Assembly (NCBI GenBank): GCA_030141605.1
Contig: JAQGDQ010000006.1
Coordinates: 186,001-250,000 of the forward strand
DNA length: 64,000 bases
Source: Tubiluchus corallicola
Lineage: Eukaryota; Animalia; Priapulida
Direction: 5' to 3'
Shown here: piece by piece, positions 1 through 11,313 of the stretch
How the letters are laid out: every line of letters starts with the position of its first letter
Numbering within the stretch: the first letter of the stretch is position 1
The notes under the pieces: model-generated
What the model was told of the DNA's origin: nothing
What the model saw: the letters and a program-made list of their open reading frames with translations, nothing else
The model's database searches: none
Program-made: the position numbers and the translations under genes

Positions 1-3000
1 GTTTAGCCAAGATCCTTAAGGTACCATATGTCTGATTTAAAATTCCTTCCATTTTTTACAGACCTCCGCGTAAGTGACAGTAAGTTTTGGATAACTTTGC
101 CTAATTTCTTATTAGCTAGTCTAAGTTTTGTCAACATTTGTTTTAGAGGTGGTTATGAAGCCAGACAAAATTTACTGTAGCAGCTTTATTTTTTTCATCG
201 ATGACCTATTTAAAAGAAACGACATAATGATAATACTAAAAACTTACAAACTTGGATCATTACATCAGCCTTTGCTATAACAGTATTGCTAACTTGAAGC
301 TAAAGTTCTAACTTCAAATTTGAAACTAAAAAGTCATTACTTATTACAGTTAGAAAACCAATGCTTCTCTGTGATTTGGGAGTTTATATCTCACTCACTC
401 ATGTCTGATGAACATAATTCACTTGCAATTACGAACATTAACATTGATTTCATCAGAAAGTCAAATGTTGTGAAGCCTGCGTTAATGCGCCTCGGTACAA
501 AGCTTGTTTTCCACCCGTTAATAAAATATACTGTGCAGAGACGATACTGATGTCAACTGTGATGACAGGTCTAGCTTATAACAATACCGTAACACCAGAG
601 ATTTGACTAACATCTTCCAGGTTATGAATGGCAGCACTAGTTTGTATAATGTATTTTACTGGATCATGGGAGAAAGTTGTGTGTGCAGTGTTCTGGTACG
701 AATATAAGAAAGGATTTCTTCACTTCTTTACCAAGTGTGTTATTCATAAATGAGCTGCTTAGGCAATGATATTGTTAGCATCTAAACTATGCATGCGCAC
801 ACGCGAAAAAGAAGACCAAATTAAAGACAAGACTTAGTGTACACACCATTCAAATTTTGCTGTTCTTATACTTAAGGAATTAACGATTAAATATCCGAGA
901 TTCAGTTTTAGGGGAACACAGAGAATGGCTGCTAACCGCATTTTTCCATACTGGTAGAAGTACCCTTACAAATTTTGAAACAAGAATTTTTCAAACTTAC
1001 TTCCAATCACACCAGCACAGGACAGGAGCGCATCATAACGAAGGCAAGTTATACTTATACGTCTGTCCTCATCTTAACCAACCCCTCAGTATTTCGGCTG
1101 ACTTGGCTAATCGCTATTAAATATTTCTAGTTAATGAATTCAATGAAATTAAATTTTAAAAATTGATGAATCGCAAACGCCAATCAACGTTTAAAGACGT
1201 GATGATCTACATGTAGCAGCGGTGCTGTCATCTATAGTGAAGGCGTTAAAAATATGATTTCCCTGCGGGCGAACGTCTAACATCAAAGCCAAGTGTCAAT
1301 TGATGTCAACCGATAAAGTACTATAAATTAAACACTAAATGATATTATAATAGTTATTGCATGATGATTATAATAGTGTATACATATTCCATTGATGGTA
1401 GTGAATATAAAAGGTGACTTTTCTAGTTTACAAAACACCCTCAATAACTGGCCAATACACTGTGGCGTAGCCATGTAATCTTATGTTAGTAGTAGAGTAG
1501 TAGTAGTGCTAAAATCCTTTATTTGACATATAAAATACGAATGCTAATAACAATAAACATTGTGGAAACATCTACCAATGTCAATAAAATATTCTCTGTT
1601 AAAGGCATTGCATTGAATTATATTACTTTAGTTGCATTACTACACTACAGTTTAAACGGGAAAATAAAACAAAACGGCGAATTTAAATCGACCACATGTA
1701 CACAATCACAATTATGACATTAGAAAAAAATGTAAAGTAGATGCAAAAAATACAAATATAAAATTTGGAAAAAATGCAACTTAAGTTGATAAATATTTTT
1801 AGAGTTACTTCAATCCATTTGAGATAACAAGCTGAAAAAAGGTGTGACGGAGAGTGTGAATGACTGACTAATTTAATTTTTTCTAAGACCCCAGATGACG
1901 CGAAGAAATTAAATAATCATGAATATTATGAGCTCTAGCTTTAATATGGCACGGACTTTGTGTGAAAAATGTCGCTATCTTGCGTAATGCAATATTGCAA
2001 ACTGCAAGACGACTATAGATATTTCACTGTCAAGCTTCAGTTTTGTTTGACCTTAACAGATTGATCAGAAAAAGAGTTTGGCTTCACCAACAGTTAATAA
2101 GTCAAAGAAAGATGATAATGGCGACTGTCAAACTTTCAAATTAACTCGGAAGTTTAACTGGTCTTGTGAATGTTATTAGTGTGTGCTTATTTTTGCCGTA
2201 TTTTAGTAGAAGAGCTTAAGAAAATTCGTCCATTAAAGAAACTAACAATTTTTTTGATGACAATGAACCGAAGTCATTTATTCAATTAGATTATTCAAAG
2301 CTTGAAGTTCTAAATGCCAAATAAAAATTATTTCACATTCTCGATTCACATGCATTCTATAATTGTTTTGCCAAACTCACCAGAGAGTTTGCCATCAACT
2401 GTTTGCCGGCACTACATTTGCTGTGCTGTACAATAGTAATTATTAATTAGCATTCATATTTGTGATTTGTATTGTGCAAAATTATAAAACTTCGTTATTA
2501 GCTTTGGTTATCAAACGTTTGCACAATGCTTTTGATGACTTTTTTGTCCTGTGTTCGAACTGTTGAGAACACTGGGCCAATATATAGCTGCTCATTTGCA
2601 AGCGGTACAAGTTTTGTATTATGTCCCATTATTTGATTACGCTAATAGTAAAATCTTATTGAATTTCATACAGATATTTATTCATTATTTATTTGTTTGT
2701 TATTTGTTATCTGCAAACATTTCGCTTAATAACTCTATAGGCTTGGCGTCACGAAGACAGAGTCACGAAGTTTACAGGATAAGGGTGGCTAGCCCTGGGC
2801 GGGGGAAGGACAACAGTGTGTTGACCTTTGATTTCTAGTGAAGGGGTGAAAGGCAATAGGCGTCAGTTAATTTTTCGATTAGGTCGCAATTCCTCCTACG
2901 TCTTTAATTGTTTTCAATTTTATTCACATTTATTTACTGTGGTGTAAATGTGGGCTTTTAAAAAGCTTTCAAGTCTTAGATGTCCGTGAGAAGGGCCAAA

Positions 3001-3164
3001 AGGCAAAATCGGGGGTACTCACGTTTGCTGACCATTTACATGCTGACGGCTAAGTACAGAAAACTCATAAGGTGCACTCTCTGAGTAAATGACCCGAGAA
3101 TGCCGGGTCAAATGTCATAGACGGGTCTTCGTTTATTTTTTACACTCCATCTGCTCTTACAGTT

Positions 3165-3740
3165 TTTAGCAAGGGTCAGAATATATGGCATGTGGCTGGT
3201 TGGGGTCGCGCCCTTGTGTATTACTAAATATGGAACATCGTATGTAGGGAAATTTTTCGCTAGGAGGCAAAAATCGAAAAATTCGGGGTTGGAAACAGAA
3301 ATGTGTCGAGCAATAGCATATCAAATGAAAGGTCATGATGAGGCAAAGGCAAATCGAATAGTATATGTTACAGTGGGACCAGCTAACCTGCGACCCCACT
3401 AGAGGACAAAAAGGGGTCAAGGATACAAATGCCTTCCACTGCCAGCCGAAACTAGCTTATAGTACATCAAATGAAAGGTATTTGACATAAATGGTATAAG
3501 TTACGCTGAGATGGGTTGATTTCTGACCCCAGTAAAGGCAAAATAGTTGTCGAGGAGACAAATACCTCCCAGTGTCAACCTAAACTAGCTTGAAATACAT
3601 CAAATGAAATGCCTCAATGAGACCAATTGAATAGCAAAAGTAACGCCGAGATTGGTTGATCTGTGATCCCCATTAATGGTAAAGTATGGGCCAAGCACAC
3701 AACCACGGTTGTCCCAATAAAATATGACCTTCATCTGTTA
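3165..3740. mobile_element. Helentron-type non-autonomous element (HINE/DINE-like) with internal ~130-150 bp tandem units
   Basis: Starts in a T-run with AAGGGTCA and ends with the inverted TGACCTT followed by ..TGTT. Three diverged internal units share (ta)catcaaatgaaaggt near 3318, 3463 and 3597, and gacccc..tag. Confidence 0.5.
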
Positions 3741-4140
3741 CTATAAGTTGCTGAGCATTAAAATTTTTACAAATTACCCAACTTTAGGCACAACTACGCT
3801 ATTTACAGTCATTTGAATTGCAAAATGCTCCAGGTCACGAACGGTGAAAAACATGGAAACAAAAATATCGTTTTAGTTACTCGCAAACATGAAGAAAAGA
3901 AAAGTTTTTATCATGATCAGAAGAAAGTACACGTGATCACGTTATCCGTAATCGAGACTGCCGAAAAGGGTGTAACCTTTCTTAGTGTTTGTGCCCTTAC
4001 GTGCAGATAAAACAGCTGAAAGCATGATTAAAATGTTTACCAGTTATTTACATCATGTTTGTCATTCAAAGCTTTCCTTCTTTAATTCAATAAATCCTTT
4101 AATTTGAAAGTTGAAATAATATATATATTATACTTATATA

Positions 4141-4411
4141 CAAATCAAGTCCCTATCAGCATTTAAATATATATTATATGTATAATGATATATGTAGTGT
4201 ATAATATATATTTAAATGCTGATAGGGACTTGATTTGCTTGACCTGTAATGGCAGAGAATTCCGAAGTAGAATTGCTTGGCTTGATTATAGAGTTCATTC
4301 CATAGTGGGTATTTGTCCTATGGAGCGAACTCCGTAATCAAGCAAGCAATTCTACTTTGGAATTCTCTACCATTACAGGTTAAACAAATCAGGTCCCTAT
4401 CAGCATTTAAA
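4141..4411. repeat. Compound palindrome / foldback MITE-like element
   Basis: 4141-4178 is a perfect 38-bp inverted copy of 4200-4237. 4211-4305 is an imperfect ~95-bp inverted copy of 4318-4411. Confidence 0.85.
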
Positions 4412-5299
4412 ACAAAAATAAAATATAGCCATTACAAATCAGAAAATTGGGGTGATAAGTAATAAATCTGTCACGCGACGTGTATACTGAAATGTCTTTT
4501 AAATTTATCGTGACAATAAATGTTAATGCAGTTGCTTGGCAACTTGCCTGTCAATGTGAATCATCGTTAATTTGTGACCAAATTTTCTTCACAAGAATTT
4601 TAAAGACACTCAAATATAAAAATGTCGTACCCAGGAGAGGGAAGAAGGATGTCTGGGTATGGCTCGCAAGAGTACAGCCCATTGCACAAACAACTACAAC
4701 ACTCTATGAGCATTCAAGTAAGTCATGTAATTCAACTAAGACAACGTTTATTTAGGCTAAATAACTTGTCACGCATGAAAGGATAGGCCTAAACATCAAG
4801 CAATATTTTTTTGAAATTCGTTCCTCTGTAAACAGAACTCGAACATAATGTGAACGGAATGTTGCTTTTTATTTGAAGGTCAGATATTTAAAAATGTTGT
4901 TCTTGGGATTGCTTAGGGGAACTTAAGAAATAATAATTATTATCTGAATTTAATACTGATTAATTTTTAGACTATTAATTAATAATGGAACGAAGTCTTA
5001 CCGGTAGTTATTTTGTATGAAACTAAACCTACTCGAAAGAAATGCAAAAAAACATGTTCAGTTTCAGCCTTACACGAAAATCACTATAGGCCACACATCC
5101 GCATGTGATCAAGGTATTAATTAAACCCCAGCAGCTCACAAATTAATCCAACATTCTAGCCGTTATTTACTGCTAACTGCACTTTTTCTGTGGTGGTTAA
5201 AATCCAGGTTTAGTCCTATAGCTTTTCTTGTTTTCGTTACTTGAACACATTTCCGAGTTCACTCCATTAAACTTAATATAATAACACTGAATTAGAATT

Positions 5300-6040
5300 T
5301 TCAAATTAAATCAAACTTTATTTAAAATCGGGTTTTACATAAACATAAAAACACTAGCTATTAGGAGCTATTAGGACTTATATAACAAAACTAATCTACT
5401 CAAATAAAACAGTGCTTAAGTACTAAAAAGACTTTACAATTATACATCTAAAATAATACTTTAGACTCTAGATGACATTAAAATAATAATTATATAAAAT
5501 GCTAAATTAGACGCTAAAATTAGCCGTTTGTTTAATCGAGTATAATTAATTGAGTTAAAAACATATTTCAAAATAGCTTATAGTTTAAAAGTGCAGTATA
5601 ATAAGAAAACATAAAACGTCAATTTGTGCGACATGCAGTACATTTACATTCGTCGTCTTTCTATAAGTTTACCATCTTTTGAAACATACCATAGCTTGAT
5701 GCAGTTCGTATATCATTTGGTAATTTATTCTACAAAACTGCAACAGAATATCGGAAAGAGTTTAAACCGTATTTAGTAGATTTGACATACATTTGCAATT
5801 TTATCATATTGGAAAGAGTACCTAGATTCTTTAATTGCTATAAGGTCATGTAAGTATCTAGGTCCTTCTTTGTTTTGAATTTTAAATATTAATGAGGCTA
5901 ATGTTCTTATGCGTCTTACTCGCAAAGAAGGCATTTTTTATTTGTTTAGCAGTGTTTCATAACTTGAGCCTTATTCACTACAGATAAATCTCACTGCCTT
6001 TTCTTGAATTTTTTTCACATTTGTTGTTCGAAAATTCGTA
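5300..6040 (-). mobile_element. CR1/L2-type LINE 3' remnant
   Basis: Broken minus-strand translation KKIQEKAVRFIC..SSYETLLNK*KMPSLRVRRIRTLASLIFKI..PRYLHDLI, typical of the ORF2 C-terminus. Tail aataaagtttgatttaatttga at ~5325-5300. Confidence 0.7.
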
Positions 6041-7499
6041 TTATTCGAAAAAAACTTTCGCAGATTTGAAAATGAAGTTGGGTTCTGTATGTAGAAACAA
6101 AACCTTTTCACAATTTTCATCCTCTAAATGTCATCTATTCTTATTTAACACAGCGGGAAAAAAGATTACAAAGTATTCACTTAGCAACAAGAGGCGATGG
6201 ATCTAAACACTGGCCAGGGTCAAAAGGATATTCGGAAGAAGAGTTGCAAGATAATCCTGTAAATTACTTCAACACTACCAGAGAAGTATGTCTAAACAGC
6301 TAAAATTAGAGTCGCTATATCGTGACGAAAATACAGACGCCAGACATTGGTTCCTAAATATAAGTCACTTACTTACCCGAACTTAACAATAGAATCAACT
6401 TGTAACTAGGACATGGGAGGGTTCATTTTATGAAGATAATTCAGCAGAAAGAAAAGAAATTTTAAAATTGGAAGTGTTGCCTAATTTGAAGCACTTATGC
6501 ATTATATACCGGTATTCTATATAGTTCTATATATTCTATATGCATGATTAATTGTTTTATATTGTTAGAGGTTTTTTAAACACGACTATATATATTATGT
6601 ATATCGTTTTTATAAATATAGCTACCATTATCTGCAGAAAAAGTACAATACAAAAATGGCACTTATCCTACCTTTACATTAAATTTATTTTAGGGGGTAA
6701 TTCTTTCGCCCTACGATTTAACTTTTCACGCGCCTCAAATGCAGGGTTACAATCAGAAGCTGCATCGAGACGACAGACGAGACAGAAAACTACTCAAAAT
6801 TAACGAAGAGGTACTACTTTTATTTCAAAGTAAGCTCGGCTAATTCAGAGCTCTGGATTACTCTAAAATATAATGTGGATTTTAACATGGGAGAAAGGGA
6901 ATTTTGCTAGGTAAGGAATTGGGGAGAACTTCTGACAGCGCTTTGTATCCCCTCAACATTATTTGGTTTTTAATCAAGTACAACTTTTAATTACGATCCA
7001 TTGAAATAAAGATTTTTTACACTAAAATGCATTTGGCTTCATTTAATTTCTTAAAATTAAGTTATTTTTATTAATTCACCATCTTCTTCAATCAGGTAAG
7101 GTTCGACTCGGTGACATTGTGGATTGTTTCTCTCCGCACTTATCTATCCCTCATCTTCTCCACCATTTTCTGTAGCGATTCCACCTCAACCAGATCCTTC
7201 ATCTGATCCAGCCACCAAGTTCTAGGACTTTGAACTACCCCAGGCTACCTTGAACTTTCCCAGACAAAATGTTTTTTTCCATTGAGCTATATGCTCAATA
7301 TGCCTTGCTTGCCTAGGTAGAACAGTATAAATGAGTGTTGTTAGAAAGCCGCTTTCTCCAGAACAAACTGCTTCGTTTTCCTTTCTCTGCAGCTAATCTT
7401 GAGTAGCCGTCTGTTAGGCATAACCAAAAGATGGCAAAAGATATCTTCCTGTTTTCCTCCAAACTCATTGACACGTTCATGCCCCATTAACAGCAGCAG

Positions 7500-8120
7500 T
7501 AGCAGAAAACGTAATGCGAACTTCTGGTTGTAAGGTTTCCTCTCAACTGACGTCAATTCGCTTCATTCCCCCTTGTAGTAATTGCCGCCACTTTTCCCTA
7601 TCGACAGCCAATTCTTCCCAACCAGCATCATCAATCTCTGTTGCGACCACATTTTCAACGTATCCTTGTAATGGAGCTTTTGTTCACCCAGGTTTTCTGT
7701 TCTCTGCTGCCAATTGTCCATAGACTATTCCTTTTGGAACTCAGCTGTCTTCGAGTCGTGCTAAGTGCCCTGCCCATCTTAGCTGCTTTTCGGCTCTTAA
7801 AGCTTCTACACTTGGGCAATTTGCTTTCTTTAGAGCCCCAACATTGGACACGTAATCGTCCCACTTGATGCCCATAATTTCTCGGAGAGGTTTCATTTGG
7901 GCTCTCGTTAGCGTCCGAATATGTCGACAGTATAGCGTACTAGCTTCTATAAAGAGAGGAACAGCACTATTATTCGTCAGTATACTTGTAGTTTCAATTG
8001 TGATGAACAGCTTCGCGTTACGAGATAACCACCACTGCTTTTTGAATCGCCAGAAACCTACTACTGCTGCCGTCTGAATTCTGCTGCCAAATTCTCGATC
8101 AGGTTTTGCTCAATGGCATG
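7500..8120 (-). mobile_element. RTE-type LINE, degenerate ORF2 C-terminus
   Basis: Minus-strand translation KWDDYVSNVGALKKANCPSVEALRAEKQLRWAGHLARLEDS*VPKGIVYGQL...WEELAVDREKWRQL, containing the RTE-typical LRWAGH and DR..WR motifs, with stops. Confidence 0.8.
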
Positions 8121-9727
8121 CCGACTGTGCTGCAGCGCCGTCTACCCTCGATTGTAGCATTCGTCACTACCATAGTAGCAATAATAGAAATTTCTTGTAA
8201 GGTGAACGATACTCCCCTGTTGATTAGCCTATTCCCGGAAGAGGGCAGTTAGCAGCTCGCATCTCGTGGATGCTACACACTTGTCTTGGGTGTGGAAAGG
8301 CTGTATATCAACACATATATACAAGGCTTACACACAACTGCCTTTTGCCCGAGTGCTAGTTCACATCAGATGCGCTAGCTACATCACATACCTCTACTGC
8401 ATGCAACCTGAAACTACTCAAACTAAGCTACGTACTACATGCTACGTGCTGCACTGGTGACAATACAGAAAACAGTCTTCCCAGAGTTTCTTCACTTTTA
8501 TGTCTGTCCTCTCGGGGATTCTGTGTTTCCTCACAGCCAATCTCTCATATCAAGCCTCCTGCGAAACTCTTTTTTTGCTTTAGTCGTTTGTGACTAAGGA
8601 ACCCAAGAAAATGACCTACACTACGTTTACGATTTCAAGCTGTTCTCCATTCAGCGACATCTGCTGTAACTCTCCATAGTCATCAAGGTTTATCTTACTT
8701 ACATCAAGGTAAAGGCCTGCTGCTTCAACACTTTTCTGTAAAGTTAAACTTGTTTTAATGTTTGCAAAGAATGTTAGAAGGATTTACTAATGTTTTACTA
8801 AATAAAAGTGCGATAAGCGCCTCGTGTAATTAGTAAAATCACTTTAAAGTCGGGGCATTTCACGCTTGGGCACTCCCATTCTGAACGCCCATTCTTCCAC
8901 CAATGGCGTCGTGTATCGGCTGAAAAAAGCAGTGTACTGGCAATTTCCGTCAAAAGTACAATAAGTTTTTACAAACAAATAGATAGTCAATTTTGTGATA
9001 TTTTTACATGAATATTAGATAAGCTGTAGAAGTCTGAAATAGTTTAAGCAGCGCATGCTTACAGAAAGCTACGATGCGCTTACGAAAAGTCGCGAACTCC
9101 GCCATCCGCCAGTTACGTCATAATTTTCAAATCAATGGCACCATGCGCCGCACCTCAAAATTTCTATACAGCGGTAGTATAAATTAACCTTATGCTTTAT
9201 AGAAAGTTTTTTGCAAATTTCTTTGTCTTACGTGATAACAGTAAAATAAGCCCAACTTACTAAATGACTTGTTTTTTCCTTTAAGCCTTTTTAAGATCGT
9301 TTTATATCTTTTAATTCTTCCTTCGAATTTCCCTAGAGATTTTTCGGTCATCGCGATTCCACCTTTCTGTGTAAAGGTTGTGCAACTCAAAATACAACTC
9401 TGTATTACATTTTTAGTCACAATCTCTTTCACAATCAGTTACATCACCAACAGCTAAAGTTGTTCCTGTAGCTGCGTACCTATCGCGTGAGGGCTCACAT
9501 GTAAAAAAGGTAGGGGGGTGACATATGCGTAACATTAATGAAATGTGTGGAAAATACGGCAATCCAGAATGTTTGGAATGTGTGGAACGTAGGCGGCATC
9601 TCTAGACGTGCTGCACAATCCGGGCCTGAAATTGTCGGTTCAGGGGCGTCTGCTGTCGTACTATTGAAACTCGATAAATATAATATGTAATTATGTATAT
9701 GCCTAATAGTAACAGATTACTATAATT

Positions 9728-9729
<2 letters not shown>

Positions 9730-9814
<85 letters not shown>
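9730..9814. repeat. (AAT)n microsatellite
   Basis: About 28 uninterrupted TAA units. Confidence 0.97.
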
Positions 9815-10838
9815 TACTACACACATTTTGATTTGAAAATACTACACGATAAGCAGGTTGTCGTTTAACGGTATCTCAAATATAGTGTTAAGTAGTTCCT
9901 AATCTTTCCGCCTATTTATCTAAGTTAAAATTTGTTTCAGTATCTTAAAAATTTCGATGCTAATTACAAACCCCCAGTTACTAAAATAGCGTTGGTGCGT
10001 TCGTATTACGTGCACGACGCATTTTAATTACTTTTAAATGGACTTTCTAGTTAAAAGCGAATGTTTTTCTAAAGCATTAACTATACGTATAACATAAAAG
10101 GCTATTGTAAGATAAATCTTTGGCTGCAGATGACTGATTTTCTGATCCACTTTCTCGCACTACTACAACAACTTGTTAAGCCTCCATTGATAACAGTGCA
10201 CAGGTCAAGAAGTAGCGCATTCTGCTTACAAAAGTACTTTTAATTCGGACGACACGGTTAGCTTTACAGGGACGGGTGTTTTGCGGTCATCAGCATAATT
10301 GTCCACTCATGTTTAGTGGGCAGGTCTGCGTTACACCTAAGGTGATTAGCAGAGTTCAACTTTGTGATCAGAGATGCTTAGTGATGGAGCACGTGAATGC
10401 GTGCTACCACTGCACAACTTTGGCCTTAATGCATAATAAGCCTAATAATAAGCTCAGTAGGGAAGCACTGGGTGGTTTAAAAATGACTCGGTATAATTTT
10501 TAGGTTTTTAAATTCACACAAATTTTTTTATTGTAGGAACGGACAAAAGCAGTTCCAACTCTAAGCAGCAGCGTATACGGTCACAGAGTGCGTCAGAACA
10601 AGTTAATCGAAAAACCCGCCGTAAGTCGTCACGCAATGACTGACCATATGAAGAAATTCTACACTAACAGAACTGAAAATATAATAGAACATAGTGAAAA
10701 CGTGTAGTTTCACTCAATCATTATCTGTTCGCTGTTGTAACGAAGTATTAAAAGTCAAAATTTGATAAATGTGTGCGAATTACGTTTCGGTGTTCATTTT
10801 CAAATTAAGCAAGAAAAGCAAGTTATGTATAAAAAAAG

Positions 10839-10844
10839 TTTATT
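10839..10844 (-). terminator. Candidate polyadenylation signal of the CDA-like gene
   Basis: AATAAA on the minus strand ~470 nt after the stop, followed by a U-rich tract. Other AATAAA copies lie near 10930 and 10978. Confidence 0.35.
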
Positions 10845-11313
10845 TTATCTATGCAAATAAGTTACCGTAATTCTAATCGTCATGCGAATGACATGGATAT
10901 ACACTTAAGTACAACACATATTCAGATCCTTTATTCAACCCTTTGACAAGAAACCGACCTACAATGTCCGTTTGATTTTATTCCAGGCGCGCCTTTTGGA
11001 GAATTCATCATTGTTCCATAAATTAAAATCACAGTGATCAAATAAAATAAAATTCTTACTACCTACCTCATATTAACAATAAATTACATAACAAAGTACA
11101 TTATTTCAAGTACACCAGAATATGAATAAAATTAATGATGAGAAATACTATCAAGACACCTACAATAGTAATGTGATGAAATTAAATAAGGCTCTATTGC
11201 AGCTATAGGCCTAAGTCGTTGATTATTTACATGTCATTTCACTTGTTTACTCTCTTACCGCACGTTTTCAACTTCCTGTATGCTTGCATAGGTCGACTAG
11301 GATTCTGAAGTAC

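Noticed and set aside
9602-9826. Poly-Ile ORF
   Set aside because: Translation of the (AAT)n repeat.
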